From assembly GCA_045613315.1 (NCBI GenBank), contig JAZLAV010000007.1, forward strand, positions 1,785 to 65,784: DNA of 64,000 bases, read 5' to 3'. A program made the translations under genes and the position numbers. Each line of letters starts with the position of its first letter. Within the stretch, counting starts at the first letter, position 1. The notes under the pieces were generated by a model. It did no database searches. It was not told the origin of the DNA and saw nothing but the letters and a program-made list of their open reading frames with translations. This DNA is from Candidatus Enterousia sp. GTDB lineage: Bacteria > Pseudomonadota > Alphaproteobacteria > Rs-D84. Of this stretch, positions 1 to 9,219 are shown piece by piece.

Positions 1-112
1 CCGGATACGCACGTGGGTACGATGGACTTGGGTGGTCCAGGGCCGTTTTAACGCCACACCCGGCAACCGCCAGTGATAATATAATTAGCAATCCCATAAA
101 TATTTTTTTCAT
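1..112 (-). CDS. small lipoprotein, N-terminal part only (gene runs off the left edge)
   Basis: Not in the ORF track because the window edge truncates it. Reverse-strand ATG at 112-110. It reads MKKIFMGLLIILSLAVAGCGVKTALDHPSPSYPRAYP..., a signal peptide plus lipobox LAVAGC, reminiscent of short LptM/YifL-type lipoproteins. Confidence 0.4.
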   Translation of the reverse strand, partial: MKKIFMGLLIILSLAVAGCGVKTALDHPSPSYPRAYP

Positions 113-251
113 ACGCACATTATAAACCGCGCATACGGCTGTTGTCAAATTGGAATCTGGTTTGTGCGTAAGTCGTTAACGAAATAAATAAAAATACTTT
201 TTCAACTTGCAATGGCTTGTTCTTCAAATATAATGCAAAAAAAGGGCCCAG

Positions 252-587
252 ATGTTCAAAAAAGAATACAAATATCCCAAAAATTGGTTCAAACACAATT
301 TAATTCCTGTTCCTACTGAATTCGTGGGTGGCAATTGCAGTGCATGTATATTTCGTGATATTCCACAATATTGTGAAAAAATGTCATGCACGTATATTGA
401 CAGTCGTTCAGATTCATTGGATGTGGCATCTGTATATTGGGTCGGTCGGGAAACACATGCAAATATGGCAACATGGACCGAATTGAACGATTTCTTTAAT
501 ACTGTACCCAAACAAAGAATACGCGATATCTCAAACGATATCAAGAACTGCGCCATATTGGTACATCGAAAACAAATGGTAAAATAA
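252..587 (+). CDS. hypothetical protein (111 aa, Cys-containing)
   Basis: ORF-track ORF with an ATG start. I recognise no family. It lies in an A+T-rich stretch next to the tRNA pair. Confidence 0.4.
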   Translation: MFKKEYKYPKNWFKHNLIPVPTEFVGGNCSACIFRDIPQYCEKMSCTYIDSRSDSLDVASVYWVGRETHANMATWTELNDFFNTVPKQRIRDISNDIKNCAILVHRKQMVK

Positions 588-690
588 TTCTTTGACCCGT
601 ACCAATATACGTGTGTTTACAATGACAAGTTTGTTGACAAATATCCAAAGTATGTTATTGTTGCGTCATAAATATTGAAAAGGATAAAAT

Positions 691-1011
691 ATGAGCAAAA
701 AGTCAAGTGGATTAAGCGATACAGATACTTATTCTTTGCGGTTCCAAGATTTGATGGATGCAATCCCGGGTTCGACAGTGGCCAAACACATTGACCTGAT
801 TCGTGATGGCGGTGAAATGTATCGTTCAACTACGTGGGTACTTGACGGATATACTGTTTATTCCAATTTGCGGGATGTTTACTCGGTCGATTATAACGGC
901 AGGGAAAAATTTGAATTCTTGTTGAAACGCACGGATTATAAAAAATTTGTGGCGGTGTGCGAAAAAAGACGGGCCGAGATTTCAAAACAAATTACCGTCA
1001 GAAAAAAATAA
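691..1011 (+). CDS. hypothetical protein (106 aa)
   Basis: ATG is preceded by AAAAGGATAAAAT. No recognisable family. Confidence 0.45.
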   Translation: MSKKSSGLSDTDTYSLRFQDLMDAIPGSTVAKHIDLIRDGGEMYRSTTWVLDGYTVYSNLRDVYSVDYNGREKFEFLLKRTDYKKFVAVCEKRRAEISKQITVRKK

Positions 1012-1193
1012 GCAAAGCGATATAAAAAGGTCATGTTCTGTGGCCTTTTAATTTTTATGGGGCCATTGGTTTTGACAAACGATAATCAACCGTAAATGCG
1101 AAAACTCTATTAAGCATATCCGTTTTTGTGGGTTTGCTAATAGTTCATCTGCGTATTGGTCATGCACTTCGCTCTGACCCATCTGTTTGGGGC

Positions 1194-1237
1194 TGCCAAA
1201 ATAAAAAAACCGCAGAAGCGGTTTGTTTATTTTGGCA
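1194..1237. terminator. long nested hairpin (bidirectional terminator-like)
   Basis: CTGCCAAAATAAA...TTTATTTTGGCAG encloses an inner AACCGC-AGAA-GCGGTT hairpin, with A- and T-runs on either side. Confidence 0.45.
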
Positions 1238-1329
1238 GGGCCATCTGTACAATTCACGAGCAGAGTTTATTCGTGAATTGTTGTCGTTCGGGAAAGAAAT
1301 TAAGATATTTTTGAAATTATTTTAACAAA

Positions 1330-1593
1330 TTAATGTGTTTTTTCTTTCAATGCTTTTAGATATATTGGGCAAGGATGCAACATATATTTAGGGCTGGCAT
1401 ATAAACACAAATTTGGTTCGCCCTGCATAATTATTCTTGGACTATGTTGTTCAGCTAAATCATTTATAAATTTAGCATAATCTTGAAAATGTTGTGTTGC
1501 CATCTCACACTTTTCACCTGTTGCAGAACATATATAGCAACCATTTGACCCTTTTTCGTATAGCGGCTCTAAATTTTTCTTTTCATTGGTCAT
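1330..1593 (-). CDS. hypothetical protein (87 aa from the internal Met)
   Basis: The ORF 1330..1734 overlaps the tRNA-Glu region. The internal ATG at 1593 follows AAAAAAGGATATGTA and gives MTNEKKNLEPLYEKGSNGCYICS... Confidence 0.4.
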   Translation of the reverse strand: MTNEKKNLEPLYEKGSNGCYICSATGEKCEMATQHFQDYAKFINDLAEQHSPRIIMQGEPNLCLYASPKYMLHPCPIYLKALKEKTH

Positions 1594-1768
1594 TACATAT
1601 CCTTTTTTGATTTCGCGTATCATTATGCTATAATAAAATATGAAAACAACTTTTTTAAACAGTTCGTAAATGTGTAAAACGGTGGTGGTTTTTGACATCC
1701 AACTTACGAACTTGTGAAAGTATTGGAAATCCAATCAAAAAAACACCCAAACGGGTGTTTTTGATTTT

Positions 1769-1844
1769 TGGCAGCCCCAAACGGATTCGAACCGTTGTTC
1801 TCGCCTTGAAAGGGCGGTGTCCTGGGCCTCTAGACGATGGGGCC
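1769..1844 (-). tRNA. tRNA-Glu (anticodon UUC)
   Basis: The reverse complement is GGCCCCATCGTCTAGAGGCCCAGGACACCGCCCTTTCAAGGCGAGAACAACGGTTCGAATCCGTTTGGGGCTGCCA. It folds as a cloverleaf with a CTTTCAA anticodon loop, a GGTTCGAATCC T-arm and an encoded CCA. Confidence 0.93.
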
Positions 1845-1886
1845 AAAACTTTTATAATACCGCCGATTTATCGGCGGCAAAATAAC

Positions 1887-1964
1887 TGGCGGGATGTAAG
1901 GGGCTCGAACCCTCGACCTTCTGCGTGACAGGCAGACGCTCTAAACCAGCTGAGCTAACACCCC
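1887..1964 (-). tRNA. tRNA-Asp (anticodon GUC)
   Basis: The reverse complement is GGGGTGTTAGCTCAGCTGGTTTAGAGCGTCTGCCTGTCACGCAGAAGGTCGAGGGTTCGAGCCCCTTACATCCCGCCA. The acceptor pairs GGGGTGT with ACATCCC, the anticodon loop is CTGTCAC and CCA is encoded. Confidence 0.92.
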
Positions 1965-2089
1965 GCAAAGCCCACATATCTTATACCGACAAAGTTATAA
2001 ATGCAAGTATTTTTTTACGAAAGTGTATATTCTTGACAATTCGGTGTTTTGTGTTGTAGAGTTGTTGGAAACAGCCCAAGGGGATTATT

Positions 2090-2584
2090 ATGAAAAACTT
2101 TTTAGATGTTTTGGTTAATAAAGTATTCAATGCCAAGCCGAAACAAAAAACATTTGAGCCCGTGGCAAAACCGAAATATGATTTTGTGGAACAATATACA
2201 ATTGTTGATCCCAAAAAGGTATTCTATGGCGGATATGATTCATGGGTTGGGTGTGAAAATATACCGGTCGTGTGTGAAGAACATTACAAAACGCCAAATG
2301 GGGTCGGATACTATGCGGAATTGCCGGCCAAGATAGTTATGGGTTTTTTGATGGAATTGCAACGCAAATCGGCGGCCGAAATTGAAAACCCAAAAATGCG
2401 GACTTTGTCGATAATTCACATTTCGAAACACCATCGTGTGATTATTGGCCCGAATTTTTATTCACCAAAATTCCCTGTGTTTTGGGTGATTACGGATGAC
2501 GCGGACAGGAAAGATTGGGTGTTTTATGTAACGCCCGAAATAAATCGTGCAATTGTTGACGCGTTAAAAATACATACTCGTTAA
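2090..2584 (+). CDS. hypothetical protein (164 aa)
   Basis: ATG is preceded by CAAGGGGATTATT and the gene ends just before a terminator hairpin. No family recognised. Confidence 0.5.
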   Translation: MKNFLDVLVNKVFNAKPKQKTFEPVAKPKYDFVEQYTIVDPKKVFYGGYDSWVGCENIPVVCEEHYKTPNGVGYYAELPAKIVMGFLMELQRKSAAEIENPKMRTLSIIHISKHHRVIIGPNFYSPKFPVFWVITDDADRKDWVFYVTPEINRAIVDALKIHTR

Positions 2585-2585
2585 A

Positions 2586-2616
2586 AACAAGACCCGCATT
2601 TGCGGGTCTTGTTTTA
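2586..2616. terminator. bidirectional intrinsic terminator
   Basis: AAGACCCGCA-TT-TGCGGGTCTT stem flanked by an A-run and a T-run, between convergent genes. Confidence 0.7.
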
Positions 2617-3615
2617 TTTGATTAAACGGCCAATCGTCACGGCGGTGTCGCACATGCGGTTGGAAAATCCCCATTCATTATCATACCACGCCGTCACATG
2701 GACCATTTTATCGCCCAATACTTTTGTTTGTGCGGCATCAAAAATGGAACTGTGTGCGTCGTTGGTAAAATCAACCGAAACCAATGGCTTGTCGTTATAG
2801 CCAAATGTTTCAGATTGTGCAGCACGCATTGCGCTATTAACCGTTTCAACTGTGGCCGATTTTTCCAAATTTGCAACCAATTCAACAACCGAAACATCCG
2901 GTGTTGGAACGCGGATTGCCATACCGTCCATCTTTCCAGCCAGGTTCGGCAACACCAACCCAATCGCACGCGCCGCACCAGTCGATGTCGGTATCATAGA
3001 CATCGCCGCCGCACGTGCACGGCGGAAATCCTTGTGATTCTTGTCCAATAACTGTTGGTCGCCGGTGTATGCATGAACCGTTGTCATCCATGCGGAAACT
3101 ATACCAAACGTTTCGTCCAAAACTTTCGCAACCGGGGCCAGGCAGTTTGTTGTGCACGATGCGTTTGATACAATCAAATCATCTGCGGTCAATGTGTCTT
3201 CGTTCACGCCAAACACGATTGTTTTGTCCGCGCCCGTCGATGGTGCAGATACCAAAACACGTTTTGCCCCCGCGTCCAGATGGACCCGCGCCTTGTCGGC
3301 GGCGGTAAATAACCCCGTGCATTCCATAACAATATCAATACCCAAATCACGCCAAGGCAGTTTTGACGGGTCGCGTTCGGAAACACATTTAATTTTCTGG
3401 TTCCCAACAATTATGTATTCGCCATCCAGTTTCACATCCATTGGCAATTTGCCGTGCACGGAATCATATTCCAATAAATACGCGTTTTGTTCGGCCGGCG
3501 CCAAATCATTGACGGCAACAAATTCAATATCGTCGCGACCAGACATCAATGCCGCGCGCAAAATAAGCCGACCAATACGACCGAATCCGTTGATTGCTAC
3601 TCTTAATTTAGACAT
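2614..3615 (-). CDS. gap: glyceraldehyde-3-phosphate dehydrogenase
   Basis: N-terminus MSKLRVAINGFGRIGR, active site SNASCTTNCLAP, and C-terminal WYDNEWGFSNR. I chose the start at the internal Met after AAGGAAAAAG. Confidence 0.95.
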   Translation of the reverse strand: MSKLRVAINGFGRIGRLILRAALMSGRDDIEFVAVNDLAPAEQNAYLLEYDSVHGKLPMDVKLDGEYIIVGNQKIKCVSERDPSKLPWRDLGIDIVMECTGLFTAADKARVHLDAGAKRVLVSAPSTGADKTIVFGVNEDTLTADDLIVSNASCTTNCLAPVAKVLDETFGIVSAWMTTVHAYTGDQQLLDKNHKDFRRARAAAMSMIPTSTGAARAIGLVLPNLAGKMDGMAIRVPTPDVSVVELVANLEKSATVETVNSAMRAAQSETFGYNDKPLVSVDFTNDAHSSIFDAAQTKVLGDKMVHVTAWYDNEWGFSNRMCDTAVTIGRLIK

Positions 3616-3718
3616 ACTTTTTCCTTTCTTTGTTATTGTTATACGGGTTAATTCTAGCACTATCGGGCGACAGATTACAATTGAATTTTGTCCGTTGCCA
3701 TTTTATAATATTGTCAAT

Positions 3719-4573
3719 ATGAAGTATGACGCATACATTATTACCGGACCAACTGCATCGGGCAAATCATCATTTGCCCACGCGTTGGCACGCGAAATTG
3801 GCGGCACAATTATTAATATCGACAGTGTTCAGATATATCGCGGAATCGAAAATATTTCTGCATCGCCGTTCGCGGGACGCGAAATAACGCCGGAACTAGA
3901 CGGTGTGCCATATCGGCTTTTTTCAATATTGCCGTTAACCGAACAAATAAGTGTGATGGAATATCTGAAATTGGCGCAGGCGGAATATAATGCGGTGATA
4001 AATTCTGGCCGGATTCCGATTTTGGTTGGTGGAACGGGGTATTATATAAACGCAATTATAAATGGTATTTCGCCAATGCCCGATATAGATGCGGATGTGC
4101 GGCAACGGGCGCGTGAAATTGTCGCAAACGATATGGGGGCGGCGCGAAAAATGTTGCCGGCGGATTTTACGGCGACTGATCCACAACGTGTCGCGCGCGC
4201 AATAGAGGTGTTTTTACAAACCGGCAACCATATCACCGAATATCAAAATATGGCGCGCATTGGTGCGGTTGCCCCAAATGCGCATCGGGTTTTGATAAAT
4301 CCACAGGTCGATGTTTTGCGTGCGCGAATTGCGGCGCGTATACCGGAAATGATGGCCGGTGGTGCGTTGGACGAAGCGCGTGCCGTTATGAAATCGGGGT
4401 GGGATGAATCGCGTGCAATTGGCGCGGCCCAGTTGTGTGCATATCTGCGCGGGGAAATCACAATGGATGATGCGATTAAAAACTGGATTACAAAAACAAA
4501 CCAGTATGCCAAACGGCAACGTACTTGGTTTCGTACGCAATTTAATCCAGACGAGATAATTGAACAAATCTAA
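3719..4573 (+). CDS. miaA: tRNA dimethylallyltransferase
   Basis: MKYDAYIITGPTASGKSS P-loop, SVQIYRG, GGTGYY and QYAKRQRTWFR motifs. The track ORF 3152..4573 is an antisense-of-gap extension, so I used the ATG at 3719. Confidence 0.9.
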   Translation: MKYDAYIITGPTASGKSSFAHALAREIGGTIINIDSVQIYRGIENISASPFAGREITPELDGVPYRLFSILPLTEQISVMEYLKLAQAEYNAVINSGRIPILVGGTGYYINAIINGISPMPDIDADVRQRAREIVANDMGAARKMLPADFTATDPQRVARAIEVFLQTGNHITEYQNMARIGAVAPNAHRVLINPQVDVLRARIAARIPEMMAGGALDEARAVMKSGWDESRAIGAAQLCAYLRGEITMDDAIKNWITKTNQYAKRQRTWFRTQFNPDEIIEQI

Positions 4574-4618
4574 TTTTAATATATTGAATTTCATAAAAAA
4601 ACCGGGTATTTTATTGGT

Positions 4619-6826
4619 ATGTTTAATCCCGGTGATGTTGTAAAGGTTTTATTGCCAAATGTCGTAAATACTGGATACGACTATCGTCTTAATGCGCCGG
4701 CGGATATTGGTTCGTTTGTTGAATGTCGTGTTATGAATCGACCGTATATTGGTGTTGTGTGGGGTATTGGCGATTCCGGGTTGCCGGCCGATAAAATCAA
4801 AAGTGTTGTGCGCGTGTTGGATGCAAAATTGCCCGTGTGTGATTTACAATGGATAAAACGTATGTCTGATTGGACACTGATGACGCCGGGTGCGGTATTG
4901 AAACTTATTATAAATATCCCAGATGCTTTTTCGCCACCACGGATGGAACAATTGTATTCGTGGACAACAGATGAAAAAATCAAAATGACTGCCCCGCGCC
5001 AGGCGGTTGCTGATGCGTTTTCATCAAACGATAACGACCCAATGTCGGTAAATGATATTGTGAACATTGCACATGTGTCAAATGCGGTTGTGCGAACGAT
5101 GATAAAAAACGATATTTTGACCCCCGTGGATGTGCGTGCGGTGGAAAATAAAAATCGGTTTTTATATCGGTATCGTGATATGGGAACGGTTGTGTTAAAT
5201 TCGGAACAATCCACCGCCGCAAATAAAATTGGCGATGCAATTGATACCGGTGGTTTTTCGGTGTTTTTGTTGGATGGGATTACCGGTTCTGGTAAAACCC
5301 AGGTGTATTTTGATGCGGCAATTCGTGCATATAATGCGGGAAAATCGGTGTTGTTGATGATGCCGGAAATTGCGTTGACTGCACAATTTATGTCGCGGTT
5401 TGAATCACGGTTCGGGGCCGCGCCCGTTGTGTGGCACAGCAATTTAACCGCGGCGCGTCGTCGTGAAATATGGCGCGGGGTGTTAAGCGGTGAAATACGT
5501 GTTGTCGTTGGTACGCGCAGTGCACTGTTTTTGCCGTGGCAAAATTTGGGTCTGATTGTTGTTGATGAAGAACATGATACATCATATAAACAGGAAGATA
5601 TGGGAAATTATCACGCGCGCGATATGGCAATTTTGCGTGCGGCGATTGCAGGTTTTCCGGTTGTGTTGGCCAGTGCCACCCCATCGGCCGAAACATTGGA
5701 AAATGTGGCAAATGGAAAATATACGGGGCTTAAATTAACATCGCGTTTTGGTGGTGCGACATTACCAAAAATCGAAACAATTGATTTGCGGAACAATCGG
5801 CCGGAACCATACAAAACATCCATCACAGATGACGCGCCAGAAATTGCGGGTGCGTTATCCGCGCCATTGTGCGATGCGATTGCCGACACACTGGATAATC
5901 ATCAACAAATTATGTTGTTCATAAATCGGCGCGGTTTTGCACCGATTGTGCAATGTAAAAAGTGCGGATGGACGGCGACCTGTCCGGATTGCAGTGTGGG
6001 TATGACATACCATAAAAGAATTGGAAAATTGTTGTGCCATATGTGTGGTCGTACCGAACCGTTACCGATTAAATGCGCAAACTGTGGCGGTGATGTGTCA
6101 ATGCGTGGAGTTGGAATTGAAAAAATTCAAGAAGAAATCATGGCGCGTTTCCCCACCGCGCGCACCGCAATCGTGTCCAGTGATACAATCGCATCGCGTC
6201 AGAGCCTGGAACGCATTGTTAATAAAATGGAATCGGGAGAAATCGATATTGTGATTGGGACACAAATTTTGGCCAAGGGACACCATTTCCCGAATTTGAC
6301 ACTGGTGGGGGTGGTGGATGCAGATATGGGGTTGTTTGGAGCCGATTTTCGTGCGGCCGAGCATACTTTCCAACAATTGTTCCAGGTTGCCGGTCGCGCG
6401 GGGCGTGGCGCATTTCCGGGACGCGTGCTATTACAAACATATCAACCCGAACATCCGGTGTTAAATGCAATCTGTGGTGCCAATCGTGATGAATTTATGG
6501 CGACCGATATGGCTGCGCGTCGCATGGCCAAAATGCCACCGTATGGCCAGTTGATTGCGCTGGTTATCGAAGGTGCGCGCGAAAGTGTGTTGCAAAAATA
6601 CTGTGCCGATTTGGCGGTCGTTGCCCCGAATATAAACGGTGGACGAATAATGGGGCCCGTGCCGGCCCAGATTTACCAGATTCGCAATTGGTATCGTATG
6701 CGTTTTTTGGTGTCGGGTGATGTGCGTGCAAAATTACAACCGATTGTTGCTGCGTGGATTGCGCGTGTAAAACAACCCACGAACATTCGTGTAAAAATTG
6801 ATGTGAATCCAGTTAATTTTATGTGA
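4619..6826 (+). CDS. priA: primosomal protein N' (replication restart helicase)
   Basis: GITGSGKTQVY Walker A, DEEHD Walker B, Cys-rich zinc region CKKCGWTATCPDC...CHMCG, and GTQILAKGHHFP. Confidence 0.93.
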   Translation: MFNPGDVVKVLLPNVVNTGYDYRLNAPADIGSFVECRVMNRPYIGVVWGIGDSGLPADKIKSVVRVLDAKLPVCDLQWIKRMSDWTLMTPGAVLKLIINIPDAFSPPRMEQLYSWTTDEKIKMTAPRQAVADAFSSNDNDPMSVNDIVNIAHVSNAVVRTMIKNDILTPVDVRAVENKNRFLYRYRDMGTVVLNSEQSTAANKIGDAIDTGGFSVFLLDGITGSGKTQVYFDAAIRAYNAGKSVLLMMPEIALTAQFMSRFESRFGAAPVVWHSNLTAARRREIWRGVLSGEIRVVVGTRSALFLPWQNLGLIVVDEEHDTSYKQEDMGNYHARDMAILRAAIAGFPVVLASATPSAETLENVANGKYTGLKLTSRFGGATLPKIETIDLRNNRPEPYKTSITDDAPEIAGALSAPLCDAIADTLDNHQQIMLFINRRGFAPIVQCKKCGWTATCPDCSVGMTYHKRIGKLLCHMCGRTEPLPIKCANCGGDVSMRGVGIEKIQEEIMARFPTARTAIVSSDTIASRQSLERIVNKMESGEIDIVIGTQILAKGHHFPNLTLVGVVDADMGLFGADFRAAEHTFQQLFQVAGRAGRGAFPGRVLLQTYQPEHPVLNAICGANRDEFMATDMAARRMAKMPPYGQLIALVIEGARESVLQKYCADLAVVAPNINGGRIMGPVPAQIYQIRNWYRMRFLVSGDVRAKLQPIVAAWIARVKQPTNIRVKIDVNPVNFM

Positions 6827-6854
6827 TAAAGAACGGCACCAAACGGTGTCGGTG

Positions 6855-7136
6855 TTATTTGTTGTGTCCGAGTATTCTTTTCAATGTCATACATAATCTG
6901 GATTTAAATTCGTTTTGCTTTCTTTCGATTTCTTCGAAATAGCGAATTTCTTGTTCTATGGATAACAGTTTTGCCACATACGGCGATTTTTCATTTGGAT
7001 GATTTTTTGCCCATACAGTTGCCATATAGTGATTAAAATCGTTACGACGTGCGTTGATTACATTGCCAAATTCGTCAATCAAATTCAATCGCAGCATTTC
7101 CGCATCTGAACCATCGTATTTAATGTTTTGGGTCAT
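6855..7136 (-). CDS. hypothetical protein (93 aa)
   Basis: Lies directly downstream of the VirB11-like gene on the same strand. No family recognised. Confidence 0.45.
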   Translation of the reverse strand: MTQNIKYDGSDAEMLRLNLIDEFGNVINARRNDFNHYMATVWAKNHPNEKSPYVAKLLSIEQEIRYFEEIERKQNEFKSRLCMTLKRILGHNK

Positions 7137-7156
7137 AGTTTTTATTCCTTTGGTAA

Positions 7157-8134
7157 TTACACGACTTCGGTGACAGCGCGCAACGCGCCATCGCGCGATA
7201 ATTGTACAACACGGATTTTCTTTTTCATTTCATCCATTAACTGGGCGCGGTCGTATGCCGGTTGTGTGTGCAAAATACGATCCGCAAATGCGGCATATGC
7301 GGCTTCGGCACTTTCGGCATGAATAGTTGTGTAAAAATGTTCGTGGCCCGTCCCCAGCATTTCCCACAATACCGACGCGTTGTCCGTTGATATTTCGCCA
7401 CCAATAATCACGTCAGGGGTCATACGTACAACCAAATCCAATAATCGCGCATAGTTAAAATCGTTCGTCTGTTCGGTACGCGAAAGAACGAAATGCACCC
7501 GATTGTCCTGGGGGACACGAATTTCACGTGCGTCTTCGACCGTGATGACACGACTGTTTTGGTCAATAAGGGTCAGCATATGATTCAAAAAAGTTGTTTT
7601 ACCCGTCGCCGTCGCCCCAGATATTAAAATAGGGCTGCCGTCATTTATGGCGGACATTAAACGATCGTACGGGTCGTCGGGTCGAATCTTGGCCCGGGGT
7701 TTAACCTTTAATAACTTTTTCCCGCGTTCCAGATGATAATTTTCAAACGATGTGTCCGGGGCACCGCCACCACGAATACTCATCGCAACGCCACCGGTTA
7801 TATCGCGTTCGTCAAATTGGACATTTGGCCCGGTAATCGCCGAAAAGCGGTGGTTCCCCGGCAAAGTTGCATATACAACCGGCATACCGTGAATTGGGTC
7901 AAATGGGCGTTCATAGATGTTCGCAACCGTATGAATCAAATCGACCAAATATTGTTTCGTTAATTGTGGTGCGTCATATGCAACCCATGGCACGCGTGCC
8001 CCGTGCAGGCGCATCCAAACCTGGCCTGCGTGATTTATGGCGATTTCTTCGACGAATTCGGGTTTATAAAACTCGGCCAGTGGTTCCAACAAAGAATCAA
8101 GTACAACATTTGACATTTGCTTTAATTTTATCAT
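7157..8134 (-). CDS. virB11: VirB11/TrbB-family type IV secretion ATPase
   Basis: Walker A SGATATGKTTFLN, Asp box VITVEDAREI, Walker B RMTPDVIIGGEIS, His box GHEHFYTTIHAES. The 325-aa size is typical of VirB11. Confidence 0.75.
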   Translation of the reverse strand: MIKLKQMSNVVLDSLLEPLAEFYKPEFVEEIAINHAGQVWMRLHGARVPWVAYDAPQLTKQYLVDLIHTVANIYERPFDPIHGMPVVYATLPGNHRFSAITGPNVQFDERDITGGVAMSIRGGGAPDTSFENYHLERGKKLLKVKPRAKIRPDDPYDRLMSAINDGSPILISGATATGKTTFLNHMLTLIDQNSRVITVEDAREIRVPQDNRVHFVLSRTEQTNDFNYARLLDLVVRMTPDVIIGGEISTDNASVLWEMLGTGHEHFYTTIHAESAEAAYAAFADRILHTQPAYDRAQLMDEMKKKIRVVQLSRDGALRAVTEVV

Positions 8135-8194
8135 AAATCGACCCTTGAATCAAAATGCTTTATTTGATAAAATGAAAAAAAAGAGAGAAACAAA

Positions 8195-8755
8195 ATGAAA
8201 AAATCTTTGGTTTTGGCAATATGTTCAATTTTGGCATTGGGTGCGTGTTCCACGGGTGATACACCGTATAATACGGATGATTTTGAACACGGTGGCGCAG
8301 ATGCCCCATTGTACAACGAACGGACCAGCCAATTTATGCAGGCGGAAAACCAGTATTCCAATATCGATTCGTATAAACCTAAAACCGCCGCGGAAAAAGA
8401 ACAAAGCGATAATAAATGGCGCACATCGCGGATGGAAACCCGTTGGCAGGAATACAAGGGGGCAATGGTTCGTGTGCAAATCTTGCTGGGGAACAGCGAT
8501 GTTCGCGAAATGCGTCTGCGGTTAATGCAAAATGCCGATGGTATGGATATTGACGGGGATTCGCGTACCATTTTGGCCAAGGTTGCAGATTACGAAATGA
8601 AACGCATTTGTGGCCGTAACACCGACAGTATCGTTATGATATACGATAAACCGTCGTTTGATGTTATGCGCCCAACCCCGTATTATGATTACAGGATGGA
8701 GGCCGAAGGCGCCACCATGCGCGAATACGGATTTCGTTGCGTTTATAACAATTAA
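8195..8755 (+). CDS. lipoprotein, function unknown
   Basis: MKKSLVLAICSILALGACSTG is a signal peptide plus lipobox. An RBS AAGAGAGAAACAAA lies upstream. Confidence 0.6.
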   Translation: MKKSLVLAICSILALGACSTGDTPYNTDDFEHGGADAPLYNERTSQFMQAENQYSNIDSYKPKTAAEKEQSDNKWRTSRMETRWQEYKGAMVRVQILLGNSDVREMRLRLMQNADGMDIDGDSRTILAKVADYEMKRICGRNTDSIVMIYDKPSFDVMRPTPYYDYRMEAEGATMREYGFRCVYNN

Positions 8756-8847
8756 CAAGATCGGCAATTATGCCGGTTCTTTTTTACTTGCATTTTATGG
8801 TGTCAATTTAATATATTAGATTTGGACAAAAACAAAAGGGGATAATC

Positions 8848-9174
8848 ATGAAAAAATTTATGTCTGTATTGGGTATCTGTGGTGCCGCGTTTTTGGCGGC
8901 GTGCGACAGTAATGCCGGTGCGAAAAACGGTGATACGGTTATTATCGATTTCGCGGGTTACCTGGATGGTGAACAATTCGAAGGCGGTACTGCGGCCGGT
9001 TTCCCATTAAAATTGGGCAGTGGTCAATTCGTTCCGGGATTCGAAGAACAGATTGTCGGTATGAAGGTTGGCGAAACACGTGATATTAACATCACATTCC
9101 CAGAACAGTATGTTGAAAACTTGGCTGGCAAGGCCGTTGTGTTCAAGGTAACAGTTCAGGATATCCAAAAATAA
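8848..9174 (+). CDS. FKBP-type peptidyl-prolyl cis-trans isomerase (lipoprotein)
   Basis: Lipobox FLAACDS. The [20 protein letters not shown]...[16 protein letters not shown] block matches the FKBP / trigger-factor PPIase domain. Confidence 0.8.
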   Translation: MKKFMSVLGICGAAFLAACDSNAGAKNGDTVIIDFAGYLDGEQFEGGTAAGFPLKLGSGQFVPGFEEQIVGMKVGETRDINITFPEQYVENLAGKAVVFKVTVQDIQK

Positions 9175-9190
9175 TTCATATCTTGTAATT

Positions 9191-9219
9191 AAAAAACCGC
9201 CCAAACGGGCGGTTTTTTA
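9191..9219. terminator. bidirectional intrinsic terminator
   Basis: AAAAAACCGCCC-AAAC-GGGCGGTTTTTT between convergent genes. Confidence 0.75.

Noticed and set aside
3152-3718. Long N-terminal extension of the miaA ORF (the track ORF 3152..4573 is 473 aa)
   Set aside because: The extension is antisense to the well-supported gap gene and has no MiaA similarity. The MiaA P-loop begins right after the ATG at 3719.
4681-5442. 253-aa minus-strand ORF, and several smaller ones, inside priA
   Set aside because: They lie entirely antisense to a gene with strong PriA motifs. They have no RBS and no recognisable family, and their composition is typical of shadow ORFs.
8131-8580. 149-aa minus-strand ORF overlapping the lipoprotein gene 8195..8755
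   Set aside because: The plus-strand gene has a clear signal peptide, lipobox and RBS. The minus-strand ORF has no start context and no family.
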